Shown in pieces: positions 24,301 to 39,300 of a DNA stretch of 64,000 bases. The notes beneath the pieces are model-generated. The model was not told the origin of the DNA, searched no databases, and worked only from the letters and a program-made list of their open reading frames with translations. Made by a program: the position numbers and the translations under genes. Numbering within the stretch: the stretch's first letter is position 1; each line of letters opens with the position of its first letter. The stretch covers positions 137,938 through 201,937 of the forward strand of contig NW_019217952.1 in NCBI RefSeq assembly GCF_002571385.2, given 5' to 3'. The stretch is from Stylophora pistillata (taxonomy: Eukaryota).

Positions 24301-27300
24301 TGTGTTTTTTCTTCTGGGAATTAGGAGTAAACTTGGAGAAGGAATTCTTCGTGAGCCACGCACCATCTCCACCCTCCTATCGCTCCTACTGGATCGCCAA
24401 GCGCCTCCTAAACTAATATTAATCGTGCTCAAACTCTGTTGCTCGGCCTTGCCACTAATGAGCGCCAAGACCTGCGAGGAAGTGGAGTTACCCTCCTCTG
24501 CCAAGTTTTATTTTGGAGGGAAACATGAAGAGAGCCTAGAAGGGAGCTCAGTGTTCAGAGTAGCTAAACTGCTTCTTGCTAAGCTGGGTGACTTTGTGCT
24601 GCCTTCACTGAATCCGGGAAGCGAAGAAGATCAGGAGGAAGATATGGACGAATATGACGACAGTGAGATCGCAGACAAGGATGGAGACCGCATGTGTTTG
24701 TATGTACATAAAAGAGATGACCAGCCGGCGCATGAAGTGGTTCAAAAGTTTCTCAGGTACAGTTTGAAAATTAAGTGTCAAAAGAAATCCAGGATTCTAA
24801 TAGAAAATGTGTTGATGCAACGAAACATTCTCAATTTCAACAATGGCCTTGGAAGAGTTACTAACTAGTTACTAACTAGATTGCCTGCCTAACAACATTT
24901 GTATTTCCCATTCAGTACGAGCAGTATGGGCTTTATCTTTATCGTTGGACAAGGTTCGGAGTTGGAACGCGCGGTCAAGCTCGACCAAGAGCTGACTGAG
25001 TTCGGTCGCGGCGTTCTTCTCACCGACACTTTGTCAGCGTGCTTAAAGAAGGCGGCTGAATGGGCTCAGACAGGACTTGTGGTCAGTGTTGGTCCTGCTG
25101 CCCTGTTGGAAAGAGGTGGAGGGCAAAGGAAACCTTCAGAGGGTTCCGGAGACCCGGAAAGAGTCTGTAAAGCCAGAAACAGCCGTCTGTCAAGGTTTGT
25201 CTGATTTACTTTGCAGTCCAGGAGTCATTACTCGCCAACCCACACATTGACAATTTATCCATTCTTAAAGGAGGCATGGCGGCAGAATGCAATATGAAGA
25301 ATTTCTAGGTCACTTTACAGCCAGATAAAGCGTTTATCAACCGTTAAGATACCTCCGTTCTGTTGCATTTCCTTTCTCAGTCGAATTAGTAACACTCGCA
25401 CATCAACGCCGAAAGCGAAATCCGTTGCTTTTTATTTTCCTCCCAAACACTGTAATATTTCCATGTTCGCATTTTCACTTCCTGCAGGGTTCTGCAAAAT
25501 AAAAAAAAATTTTGTAATTGGCTTCCTTTTATTACCTGCCAATGGCTTTATTTGTTAAAATGTTTGTTTTTTTACAGGACCGAAACCAGCCGTCCATTCA
25601 TGAGTGGTCAAGTAGCTCACAGCATGGCTTCTGAGGTAATCTCTCTGTTGCACAGCTTACTAACGCATTCCACTTCTGAGACCGCTAAGATATGGGCTTC
25701 TTCCGTGCGGGATGTGTTGTGTGAGGCGCTTAATTATGTGCCCGGCTTGGTTAGGACTCTGGAAGCGGAAGGAAGGATCTTATCAGATGGCGTCCAAGCG
25801 GCCTCCCAAGAACTGGAGCCTGAAGTTGATGGGAAGACTGGTCATGAACAAGAGTGGTTTTTCAAAGCTAGGAATATTATGGCGTCTCTCTGTGCTCTGG
25901 GTGGTTTTGGCCAAAGTGTCCACTCAGGGTGCACAGTTCAGGTAAAGAATTCAGATTGGAGCCGTAACTCTCCCTTCTAGCTTTTATATATTTCGATCAA
26001 AGGTAGACATGAGAATTTAGCGTTTTATTAGGATAGCACCAGTGTACTGGATAGAGTATCGCTCCACCTCACTCTTGGATTTGAAGATGAAGGGGTTATG
26101 ATGTTACGAGATTATCTCATTTAACTGAGACGTCAATAAAAGATAACACAAAACTGAGTAGGCGGATAATGCTGTGATGTGCTTCCAAGCTGTTTGCAGA
26201 AGCGTTTTAAAATTGTCCCCCGCTAATGCTAAAGAGTTGGAGTCGTGATGGCGTAAAAGTTAGCGCGCTGAGTCCGGTTGTTCAAAGAGCGAATAACGCT
26301 ATCCAACGGCTAAATCGCTAACCAGCGGATAAGTGTTACCAAAATGTACTGCGCTATCCACCGGTTAGAGATTTATCCAGCAGATAGTGCTATCCATCCT
26401 TTGAAAAACCGGGCCTGGACTCTAAAGGTCCGTAAGGTCTGAGCTTAGGCCTGGGACTTTGTGTCACGTTCTTGTTCATTTCCACAATGACTCTCTCCAC
26501 CCAGGAGTTTAAATGGATACCAATGAAGTGTCATTACTCTCCTTGTTAGCCCAATCAAGTTTGAATACTAATGAATCTATTGTAGTTTGATTTCTTGTCA
26601 ATGCCTTGAGCATGCGATTTACCGGCTGTTAGTCTCTTACAGATAACTGGAGAAGATATGGTGCGTACACCAGGTGAAGTTGTCAGTGTGTCCGAAAGGC
26701 AGGGTGTGGCTACGGTACTTCTGGACAAGGGAGGGGAAACCTACAGCGATAGGGTACAGGAGATACCACTGGCAAGGCTTAAAGTTGCGAACGCTCAGGT
26801 ATAGCTCCTTTGTTTGAAGACTTTCCTAGCATTTAAACTTTCTTGCTTCACAAGGCCTTAATTCAAAGCGATTTGATAGAGTTTCCTACTTTTTACTGCG
26901 CAGCTTTTTTCCAAAGTTATCAATAGTTTAACGGTCTTCTTGATCCGCGCGCTTTCAAGCTTTTAGTAAAAAAGTTCCTTTCCATCACTAGGTTGTGTTT
27001 CTTAGCGAATTGTCTATGGAAGAACAAACTGTTGCTGCTTTACTTACTATTTTAAATTCGAAAGAAGTGATTCTTGATAAGCTTTTGGAATCGGATCAGA
27101 GTGAGAAAGTTGTCCTCACCTCACCTGCAGCAAGAATACTGGCGGAAATGAAAACAAGGTAAGTGAAGAAGTTTTCTTCATTTCGTGTTTAAGGTGTTTG
27201 TAGTTGTGCTGGGCCCAGTCAACTAGGATACAAGAAATTGTACATAGAGTAGTCCTCTATTCGTTGGCTGTATGTAACTACATTCCGTGTATTAATATGG

Positions 27301-30300
27301 CCATCCGTTATTGATAACCATGATGTATCGCATCTGCCAAACATGTAATTTAATATTTGCTTTTCCACCAAGGGGTTCCGCATGCGTCAACTTTTAATTG
27401 TTTTTCTACCATACTGCACCAATTAGAGTTCTTTTAAATCGTGAACTCGTTACTCGTGTGTGTGAAACGAATTTCTTGCTTAAATTGCTTCTATGTGATA
27501 TAAAGACCAATTATTGAGTGACGCTACTTAGGCAGAGACTTCTTTTCAGTGCTACGTATTAACTACTTCTATTTGATCTTGTAATTTACAGAGCAAGTAT
27601 GGTGTTATCTTGCCAGATACATGACTCATCCTTTATCACGGCCATTTTAAAAAACCCGTCACTCGAACTCATCTCTAGATTATCAGGGGAGTGCGATCCA
27701 GGCTTAAGACTCCCTGTAATACAGAAGCACTGCCAGCAGCTGCGAAAACTCTTCAAAGACTTCGTCAAACCTTCCGAGCCACCCAAGAAAGTAACTAGGA
27801 GCGAAAAACAGATAGTGCTCGACGGAAGTCGGGTCTTCCCTCCCGTGCGGGGATGCGTTTTTACCGAGGGGCACACCTGTGTCCACTTCATGGCCGACCC
27901 TACGGCAGGTTTCGGACTTCCAAGGGGGACGTTTGTGTATGCAAGTTCTCCATTACCTCAAAAGGTCTGTTAGATTATAAATTGCGTGCATGTCTGTATT
28001 ATCCAATGTGCTTGCATTTACTTTGAGTCCTCACTGTCCCTTGGTCGTATTTTGCCTTTGTTTTGTGGTTAGTGTGGTTATGGTGTTGCGTCATGGTAAT
28101 CATTCATTAACCTCTACGCCGAAGCCATCATCTTCCGTTCCGTTACACCGCGCATATGTTTATTATCACGAGCCTCTCGTGTGAACGAATTTCAAACGAT
28201 GAAGTTCTACGTGTGAAGTACAATTGTTAACCTAGCTAAGTACATAAAGTACTTTTGAAGTTATGTACACTATAGAGAGCAGAATGGAAAATCGCCGTTC
28301 AATTGAAGTGGAATATTTCCTCGTTTTTCGTCAGCAGTTCTGTTGAACCGCCCGGCTAACTTCAGCTTTTTTTTAAAGGCACCATCCTTTTACTGGGAAG
28401 TCGAACTTTGCTCCCTGGGAGACAAGGAAGATCAAGAACCGGGACCTTGTATTTCTGTGGGATTTGCCCCTAGGACAGATGTGCTTGCCAGTGGCTGGGT
28501 AAACCCTGTGGGCTCATGCCTCCTACACAGGTTTGCTCCATTTTAATTACTTTTACGTCTCGTGGGGTGCTGTTACCTAAAGCAACCTTTCGACGCAGTT
28601 CGAAAGAAACAAGAGTACATAACTCTTCATAGTAAACAAAGGTTCCTCCTAAGAACAGACAACGAAGGAACCTTGATATGTTTGACTTAACAGGGGGGCG
28701 CAGGCACCTTATAACCCCCTCCCCTCTTAGCGACGCCTTTGTTCAGCTACAAGTGGGTTTCGCTTCTTCTTTTACTGAAACAAAGGTTCCTCCTAAGAAC
28801 AGACAACGAAGGAACCTTGATATATTTGATTTAACAGGGGGGCGCAGGCACCTTATAACCCCCTCCCCTCTTAGCGACGCCTTTGTTCAGCTACAAGTGG
28901 GTTTCGCTTCTTCTTTTACTTAAACAAAGGTTCCTCCTAAGGACAGACAACGAAGGAACCTTGATATATTTGATTTAACAGGGGACACAGGCACCTTATG
29001 ACCCCCTCCCCTCTTAACGACGCCTTTGTTCAGCTACACGTGGGTTTCGCTTCTTTTACATTTTTTAAATGTTTTTCCTTTGACCTATCATACTTGTGAA
29101 AACTGAATGTTAACAGCAATGGCCGTGCAGTGCTCTACAGAACAGGTGGGCTTCTACAATGGAAAACTGTCTCGTTGAATATTGTGATGAAAGAAAAAGA
29201 CGTTATAGGGTGCGGATATAAGAGAGCTGAAGATCAGGCCGATAAAGGAACGGTGTATTTCACCTGCAATGGCGAACGGTTAGCTGAAAGCCTAGACGGG
29301 GTGCAGAGTGGTCTGTGGCCTGTACTTCACATTCAGAAGAAGGTAACACATCTTAAACCACTAAAATCACTTGCTTCTAATTTCTTCCTCAAAGTATCAC
29401 CCTCAAATCAAGTGGAAAGGTCACCAGAGTGAAGCAAATAATCACCAATGTAAGAAGTTCCCCATTATTAAACAAATTCTCTTTCTTAGAACCATAGGAA
29501 AGCTTCTGTACGATTCGTTCATATATGCTCCGACTGGGCCCAAAGGGTATCTTTCCTAGTTCTAAAATATTTTCTGGAAGGATAAGAGCAAACCCGTTCT
29601 TGTGCAAATAAGTTTTAATGCGCTGGAGTGGTGAATTAGTATTTTTTTTATATATATATATATATATATTGTAGGTTTCGCACATACTCTATTTGAAAGA
29701 GGCAGGCTTTGGGCGTCTCGAAAATGGTCTATTTGTATACAGTTTGCAGAAAATGAAACTTGGATTTAGATATGAATTTCATACGTAACCTTATGATCCC
29801 TGAAGAGAATATCCTTCGAGGTCTAAGGACAATCGTCGAGGCACGCTCCCAGCTGAGCCGGATAATCAGAAATCATTTGGAGTAAATTCGGGAAATAATT
29901 ACAAAGCCGTTCTGTTAGACTCTCATTGCCAGGTTCTTGATGCAATTTTAATCAGATCGACTACTTTACTGATTGTTTTCAACCCTGGGTTATGCAAATG
30001 CCTTACTTTACTCTCTATTCCCCCAGAACGTGCGTGTTCGCGTGAACTTTGGTGCTCGGTCGTTCTTCTACGCAGAGGGTTCCAAACACCGTTTGGCGGC
30101 CGACTTGTGGAGTGACTCGCTAGTGGATGTCAGACAGGGATTCACTGAGCTTCCATTTGCTCTCGAACCTGATCAGGATGAGGATATGAAAGGAAAAGAG
30201 CCTCCTAAAGTTTGTAAACCCTCTCCGCCTAAACCTGCACCTCTAAATATCCCGAATGACTCAGCTAAAGGTTAGTTAATGGTTCGTGGAGTTCGCATCT

Positions 30301-33300
30301 CTGTTTTTTATGCAGTGCCCGAGTATATAGGACAAGCGTGTACAGTTCCCTTCGAAGCTCTTACATAGCCTGTGTGTAGTTGCATTCTTAACCAATGCTT
30401 TACTGTCAGTAGTGAAATGTTTATCTCTTCAACTGGCTCAGTTTTAGCCATAATTAACAGCATTGTGTTGATGTAGTCTATGACGATGACGACGATGACG
30501 ACGCCGACATCAAAATATTCGAAAGCGACCAGAACAAACACGAGGACGTGATAAAGATGGCATTTACGATATCAAATGGGGTGGCGGCGATGATTAAAAC
30601 TTAAATCAAAGAAAGACGATCAAGATAAGTTATGGTTACGAAACGGCTCATTCTTCTCAAGCTTATTAAGAAGTGTAACACCAAAACAAACGTATTTGCG
30701 TGAAGTCCCAGTTCTAATACCTCTATCGAATCCTGTTATCAAGTTTTCAACGAATACCTTAACTTCCTAAATATATATTATTACACGACTCGGGCAGTCA
30801 GAGGGCCAATAACTAAAATCAACCAATCAAAATGCTCTATTGCCGGTCAATATTCTCTCAGTATTGGACCGGGCACTGTCCCGAATGGTCCCGAATGATA
30901 CCGCACTTGTGTCCCTTTGAACTTCAGTCGTATAATAAATCTCTTATTAACCAAGCTTGCTCGGGACCGTACTGGAAGAATATCGGCCCTCGGTTTTTTT
31001 TGTACGGACCTTGCTGCGCTCGGTCTGTACTGTCAAGACGTCTGACCGATATTCTCCCAGTACGGCCCTCGCGCTTGGTTAACAAGATATACGTATTTCA
31101 GGGCCACTTCAGAGATTGATTCAAACTGTGCCTCTTGACAATTGCAGAATATGACCCACTGTCCTGCCTTCAATACAAACTGACAAGTAGTTACCACAGA
31201 ATGACGGATGTGGGACCGGTAACACCTCTCCGCGCCAGTGAGGAGGGGAACAGCCGGTGGGGAGAAGCCCCGCCAGTAGATCCCGCTCGTTTGTTGGTGA
31301 AAGCTTGGGAGGAGAAGGTGTTTCCCGTCATTAGAAGACGATTTCGTTCAAACACTGACCGCCAGTCGGGGCTTGAGCAAATTAAGGGAGCTCTGCTTGC
31401 AGGTATGGGTAGACCTATATTGCATCTCGTCATATTGATGTGAATATATTATTTTTGGGGAGCCATTGTTAATAATAATTTTTCAAAGTCTACTTACCAT
31501 TTGACGCGTACTCAATAATTCTGGCTCCTTATTTCAGGAATGATAGAGATCGCAATAGCAACAGTAGCTGATTTGTACGAAGATAATGGCGGTATCCCTA
31601 CAACCCTTCAATTTCCCACCCTCGATGACGTCAAGGCCGACGTCAACAAGGTGAGCGCGGGGGGACTGAGGCCAGGTCAGGCTGTATTCATAAACAGCCC
31701 TACTCTGAACCAGGCCGCCTCTCTACCTGGCTTTGCAGTCCCGGATATGAAAAAGACGTTCGGACTTACAGGGGTTGTGAAGAATGTTGACAAGGTAAGT
31801 CTTTATAACATGCGTTTAGCTTTATTCCACAATTGAGCTTAGATTTAACATTTTTACCACACACCACGCTTTCAGCATTGCTGATTCTAACAGTATGCAG
31901 TCCGTATGTCACATAAAACTTAAACAAAATAATTTGCCTTTCCACTTGTCTCTACGGACTTAGTCTTTGTGATTACGTAATAAGTATGGTTGAAGTTGAA
32001 GTCGTTATTACTTCACTTGTTTTTCTTAAGTATTTTTTCAAACAATAGCTCATAGAAATCGAGAGGTTTGAAAATATCGACGTATGAATCCTGTTTTTGT
32101 TCCAAGCTCATGTCAGCCATGGCTCTCCTTGCATATCTTTGGTGACAAATTTTTTTCATATTTTCCTCCAACAAGGTTTCTAGATTAGACTTGCTTGACT
32201 CTCGTGTTCCATTTTCCTTTCCGTGTTTCTCCTTTGTGAAGCTTGGACCGCCTTCTCTTCTCTTCATTTTCAATGTGACCATTAAACCATCCATCACTAG
32301 AAAGTAATACTTGTTGAAGTTATAGCACTAACTCATTCACCCTATTTTGAATATGAACTTGAGGTTAATGCACAGTTTATATAACATCAGTGAGTTGTTA
32401 TGACGTTTGGAGTTAGGGCGAGATGGGTTCAAAAATCAGAAACTGTTTTCTGCTTGATTTCCTTTTAAGGAAGAGTGGGTGTTGAGCTACGGTGTTGAGA
32501 ACAAAAGACTAACTAGCTGTAGGCGGTGTGTACAAAAGTATTTTTTATGTCTTTGCAACTAGGGTCAATTATTTAGTTTCTTCTCCTTGTAAGAAAGGAG
32601 TGCGGCACTGTTTGAAACACTAAGGACAAAAGGAGTGAAAAACTGAAAAACAAGCGGCTTTCGTTTGTTATCCACGAACTTGCCATTAGGGCCAGGGAAG
32701 TCGAAACGAGTTACGTTGTTTTTTTATTCTCTTTAAGTTGAGAATTTCTACTCCATTTCAATCTTCTTCGTTCTCTACTCTCGCCTTCACCGTTTATCTG
32801 TTTATTCTTTCATTTCTGGTGTTTAACCATCTTACGAAACTAATATTTTGAAATGATTCAAAACACCATTTCGGATTTCTGCATTCTCCTGCTACAGGAA
32901 AAATATTACGTCGTCTTTAGTGTTGAGAACAAGGACAAGATGAAAAACAGCCTTGATTTTTGCGTCTTACTGAAATGATGTTGTCCACCCAAAAACCGTG
33001 ATAAAGCAACGAAGCGAAAAGTAACAAAACAAAAAGCCAAATATGGTGTGTGGTATTTTTCGCCGCACTACATCAACCCCAAGTCACTGATGTGATCTTT
33101 GGTTCAGAAAGATAAAAAAGGAAAGGAAACGCTCGTAAATAGATTTGAATCATATTAAGCACACGTTTTGGTAATTCGTGGTAAGATCATGAAAAGGTGA
33201 TTTACACGCTGCATCCATATGTTCAGCAGTCGAGCACGATCTTGAATGAACCAGTGGAGCTAAATGCCTGGAAGTCACTGAACGGTTCTTTCAACCGTCT

Positions 33301-36300
33301 AGAGAATATTACGTATTTGTCTAGAAATGTGATGCTACAATAAATGACTGAGAGTGAGTTTTTTCGCAGCCAAAGCTACAGTACGGCTCACTCCTACTGC
33401 AGTAATTTTTCACAAGCCGCTCTCGTTCTGTAAAAAATCGCATTCACAAAAGCGGTGATGCTGGTTGAAAAAAAGGCCCTTATGGACTGTTGCGAGATAC
33501 GAAGCATCAACGACGAAATAAAACTCTCATCGTGTCAAGATTAGGTCTGTTGCTTGCGTCAATGTTCCGTTAGCAGCAAAAAGAAATTATAGATTTTTTC
33601 TCTTTTCGGGGAATAAAACTCCGGGCCTTACGATGTTGTGGTTGAATGGTCTCTCACTAGACTACACACGCGTTGGTAAGCTATCCGTTACGAGGCTCGA
33701 ATGTGACAAGCGTTTTTCGTAATGTTATCAGCAGTTATGTCTAAAACGTCGTGAATGTATAAAGATTGAGAAAGGTGGTACAATTTGAGTAACTAACAAC
33801 GAAAGTTGTTTAAAACTTCGTTAAGGTTCATTTTCTTGATGCAGCCTCAAGGATTAGCCGAAGTAGAGACATACAACAGAGAAGAAGGAACACTAATGAG
33901 ATTCTGGTATCCTATCAATGCTCTTGAGCGGCCAACCGCTGGTCTGGCACGTTCGTCATCGCTGGCTTTGTGCAGCGAAGACCGCACCCGCGCGGATCTT
34001 TATTGTGAGCTGCTCCGAAATGAGGCTAGTATGACCCGGATGTACTGTAGAGAGGCGCATTCCAGGTTGCTTTCAAAGCTGGCGGAGAATCATAACCAAA
34101 TGTCAGGTAAAATAGGTTGGGTGTGGGGTAAGGTGGATATCGTTTGGTTCGCCCCCAGGGTTCTCGGTTGTTCCGTTTGTTTGCCCCAAGGGTACTCGGT
34201 TGTTCCGTTTTTTCAGGTCAGCTTTAATGACGAAAACAGTCAGTTCTATGGCTGGTGGAAGTCTTGAGCAGGTCTACGTTTCTTCTCGATATCTTGTTTA
34301 GTTAACAGAGATATTTCGTTTAATTAACATTTTTTTTTTTTTGCCTGAGCTGTTAATTTGCCAATACACGTGTATTTTGATATTAAGTTTAACAATATAA
34401 AAAATATTCGACTACCTTTACCTGCTTAAGGGAGCTTGTTTCTAGCCGATCTCGGCATATCCGTCTAGGTATGAAGAGTATTGACCTCCATGTTTTAAAT
34501 TCCTAGATATTTTATCACTCCTCCAAGCCCTCGCTGTCCAATTATTGGCTGTGCCTCAGTCCAATGGCACCATCATTATGACGTCACCTCACTCAGCCTC
34601 AGACCCCCGTCACTGCCTCACAGCCAACACTTTGCAACCAAGCACTGTATTCTTCAGTGAACCTGCGATGCTGATTTCTGAGGTTCGTAAGCTACTGTGT
34701 TTGGCAGTCGATCAGGACGAAGAAGAGGTCCTAAGGATGGTGAATACTATGTGTGAAGTGCTGAAGTGTCCTTCCTTGGGAGTCCACCACCGTGAAATGT
34801 CAGTCATGGCGGGAAAAGAGGACGAAGTGGTGTACTTTCCTGGCGCGGCGGTGACGGTGGTTTCGTGTCGAGAAGATCCCGGATGTTTAAATACAGGGTA
34901 CGTATGTGCCTATGGCTTAACAGTGTGACGCAAAAAAATTGAAACACAAACGGTCGAGGCAAGAAAAGAATGGGCGCACATCCTAATCGTCCTCTTACAC
35001 ACTGACAGATTTTGCACCTAATAGCTCCTCACAGAAAAACATGATGCAACGCTATTTCCTGTAGCTTTCTGTAATAATTTATTGCTCGATTGATTCATTT
35101 CTTTCAGGGGCTTGTCAAACCCTAAATCACCGTGTGTGTCCATTTCATGTTATCATGGAAACCAGAAAGTCAACAAAGATGGCCAAGTAGCTCGGTACAA
35201 GGTTGTTCAATATCCTAACACAGCCGAACCAAACTGTTCAGCACCAGCGGGAGCGCATCTTTATCCAGATGTTATTCTTCCATGCAATCGTCTTGATGTT
35301 CGCTGCTCAAGCTCCGCTACCGAAGGACTCGTGCTCCATTTAAACGCTTTTCCTGCGGAGTTCTTTTTGTCACTTGTCTTCATTGAAGTCTTTATTTCAT
35401 TTTACGAGGAAAATTCCGTGGAGGGTTTTCGAAATTCGAAGAACACCAACACGAGTGGCGTCGAAGATACAAGTAGCCGGAGAAGTTTGAATCAGAAGAC
35501 CGTTGTGGACAACTTGATTGAGATTCTCAGTTCTTTTCTGATGAAGTCGGATTTGCCTGCGGTTGTCAAGGAGATTATCTATCACTTACTGGGACAACTC
35601 ATCAGAGTATGTCACTTTGTGGAGTCACAGGCAAACCAACCTCATAGTGCCGATCACTTAAGCGCATTGGACCACGCCATGTCGCGATTGAGTCCTCTAC
35701 GAGTTGAGCTGCAGAAATTGTTAGAAAAAGAACTTTCGGCTACGAACACTGCAGCGCTGGATTTCATTCTGAATTGTAACTTCGAACACAGTGAGTTCTC
35801 GTCTTACCTGCAGGCTCTTCTTGGGTTGGTTTCAGCAACCAATGAAGTATCATCAAGCCAAGGAAAATCAGGCAGAGGTTTGTCCATAAAGGAGGTTCGC
35901 GAGGCGTTACAGGTGAGTACAGAGACTGATCGGGTTAAAAGCGCGCAATAACGATATTCATCCCGTCCCCTGGGTGTAAAACATACGTAGTTTGCCGGGT
36001 TTTTTTTTTTATTATTATTATTTTATTTTAATGCTTTATTTCCTATTTTCTTTTTGTCTCGAAGCAAATTATGATGTAAGCAAACTTATAAGCCACAAGA
36101 AAAATAGAGGTAACACAGACCTTAACCTTGGTTCCGTTTTGTTTAGGATGCGGTCTCTTCGGATAAGACTGACAATGTAGTGAGGTCTGCTCCACCAACA
36201 AGTGTCGACAACATGTTTAACTTTGAAGCGGAAGCTGCTATTCCTCCTTCGGCCACGGAGACTGCGGCCACGGAGACTGCGGCATCGTCCGGTCCTCCTT

Positions 36301-39300
36301 CCCCAAAGGTTAAGGCGAGCGAAAGGCGTGGCAGCGTGCGTCGGCGAAAAAGAGGCTTCGGACACGGCGTCACGTCTCCCACAGAGAGCATGCCTTGGTT
36401 TGATAAGGTCGTCAGCACCACACTGCTATTGAGAAATCTCATTCATAAAGATTCAAGGGGATTGTCCCAACTCTCTGATAGTTTGGCTGCGGTCATTGCT
36501 GCCAAAAGTACAGCACTGCAACGCCTTCTTGTCATCACTAACATTGCCACCACCTTGAGTAAGAAAGAAGCTGTGGAGGCTATTAAGAAAGCTTGCAGAG
36601 CGAGCGGAGGTATTCACGAAAGTGTGGTGTACATCCCAGAGGTCGAGTCGCGGGGTAAAACAGAGGAGCCAGGCAGTGAGAAGGATGGCGAAAGAGTGGA
36701 TTCCAGGGTAAAGTCAATGACGGAACTCTTACCCAGTGCCCAGAGAGAAAAGTCCGACAAGATACTGGGTTATGCTGTCGTAGAGTTGAAGAGTTCAAGT
36801 CAGCTTGACCTAGTGTGTCAAACCTTGATGTCTAGTAAGACGTTAAAGGATCCGTCTTCGACAGACTCCAGCGTTGGTGTTGCCAAGGTCAACTCTGAAC
36901 TTCTTATGGAAGGGACTAACGAGCTCACCGCGTTTGCAGTTTTTGACGAGTTTTTAAACGCTAGATTGTTTACTGATGATACAGCCAAATTGCTGTCTGA
37001 ATTGGCCAAGACAGCTCTGGCTGAAATTTTCTCGAGTTGTGCCCGCGTTTCTAATGAGGATTCCTCACATGCCACAGAGGCTAGATCCATTAGTGTGGAC
37101 AGTGTAACTGACACAGCCCTCCAAACTGCTGCTGTAGATCTACGGAGAGCTGACACCGCTAGTATGGGCAGCACAAACAAGGCAGAAGATACTGAATCTC
37201 AAGTTCGAGCAGAGATGGAATCAAGGTCACAGGAAATTCCTCGCCAAGATATAGATTTGTTCAGTAGCAATAGTGTACAGGGAGTAACGAAGTCTAACCA
37301 GATCAACCTTACTTCCATAACGGAAGTATTGCTGGCTAACGATCAAATTTGTAGGGTTACACCCGGGAACTTGCTGCTATCATTTTTCAACGCCGTGCGT
37401 CACGCCAAAGAATCAACCATACAACTTGTTACCCAGATCTTAAGGAATCACGGAAACCTTGTTGAAGGAACCGATGAAAGAGTGCTTGGACTTGATGGGT
37501 TTCTTAACTGGGCGTTGTCTCGTAGTAGTCAAGGTGTTCGATCGATATGGAGAGGGCTTATAGCTTGTGGTTATGATCTACAATTCAAACGGTAAAGTCT
37601 CATTTCTCGCTTTTATGACATCAGTGGAACGCCCCTAGCTCATTAGTTTGGAATTCTCCTTACACTGTTGGCTTACTGAATTGTTAATGTCGTGAGGAAA
37701 ATTGATTATTTAATTACGTATAGGTTGTAAAGAATGAAATTAGAAGTAAACGACTAAATCTTGACCTTGAACTTACGACCACATTTCTCAAGTTTGAAAT
37801 TATGTTACTGTGCCATGATAAAAAATCTAATTGTCTCTATAGTTAATGGGCACTTAAACTCACTTGCTAAACCAGCACAAATGATATTGCAACGAACCTA
37901 TTTGAATTAAACATAGCAAGGGCCGAATCTGCCGCCGGATTCAGGACATTTTCTACCTTTACGTGTTCCAGTTGTAAGATGTTTCAGGTGGTTTTTGGAT
38001 TTTTTTTTCCACAAAACATTAAAGAAACCTATCATTTCTGCAGCTTGGAAGGCTTGTGCTGTGGTCCATTGCTTAATTTACAGTGATAGATAGCAGTTTC
38101 GTGGATTTGATTTATTCTTAGGTGTTATCGCATGATCTAACTGCTTGCACCATGTTTATTGATAGGTGCACACACTTCCTTCCGTCAGAGATGGAATCAG
38201 ATCATGCTAACTGGCCTGTAGCACGTGACCACGCCCTTGTTCTATACGTGGATACCTTGTGTCGGGCCTGGTCCACCACTCCGTCCCGTCTGATGCCAGA
38301 TGAACTCCTTCTCTCTGAGGTGGACCTGACAGGAGAAGATTTCCATCAACTACAAGGTGAGGTTTATTGCAGATTTCTTGATCTCTATGCAATCCTCTTC
38401 TCGAGAAAAAAACATGATTATCCTTTCCAAAAGTTGGTGAACTCGCCAAAAAATGCAGCTAGGTTAATAGTGTTCTCCAGAAGCACCCTAGGCACTTCTA
38501 CTACAATATGATGAAAAGAAGACACAAAATTGTCAGCCAGAGGGTGTAATCTTGACATAGCACCGAATTCTGTCCACCTTTTTCCATAGGAAAGCGACAT
38601 AGCACCGAATTCTGTCCACCTATTTCCATAGGAAAGCGACATAGCACCGAATTTCGTCCACCTATTTCCATAAGAAAGCGACATAGCACTGAATTCTGTC
38701 TACCTATTTCCATAGGAAAGTGTAGTAGCTAGAAGGCAGAAGTACGAATCAACTATTAGTAGTTAAAGAATTGTTTCATTGTGTCCCAGGTGTGTCCCTA
38801 AGAAGCCTGAGAAGTCGTTTTGCGTTCCTCAAGTCATTAAACGCAGACGTAGAACGCCTATTGTTGCCTGTGACCGACTTTAGAGCCGCTGACTCTTACA
38901 ACCTGAGCACCGCTGCCCTTCTGAGAGATGCTCGCGGCCTCCTTTTCTATCACACTAAGGTGGCGCTGTTGAATCACGTGCTCAACCACACTGCCCATCG
39001 CGAAGCTGATGATCCGCCGCCTGAAGTCTCCATAGATCCACTGCAGTCCTTGGAAGGTTTGTTTCATTGCCATGGCATGAGGTCGTAACTAGAGCTGCAC
39101 TAGAACTATCAAGCAATTTCTATCCTGACTAGATTTCTTTCCTAACATTGCGCGTGGCAACACTGTCTCCTTGAAAAGTTAACTTGCCAGGTGTACATCC
39201 CAGCTTTTAGTTTAATCGCCACTTTAAACACTTAGTACTGGCGCGTTCCATGCAACTCCGGTTTTTGGCGAAGTATGCAAGTTTTGTAGGCGCAAAACCT

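Noticed and set aside
29690-29745. Degenerate hammerhead-like motif after a (TA)n run
   Set aside because: The CUGANGA core is absent and the stems do not pair convincingly.
32013-33560. 94-aa minus-strand ORF and adjacent coding-like intronic sequence
   Set aside because: No recognisable motif and multiple stops in neighbouring frames; possibly a transposon relic but unsupported.
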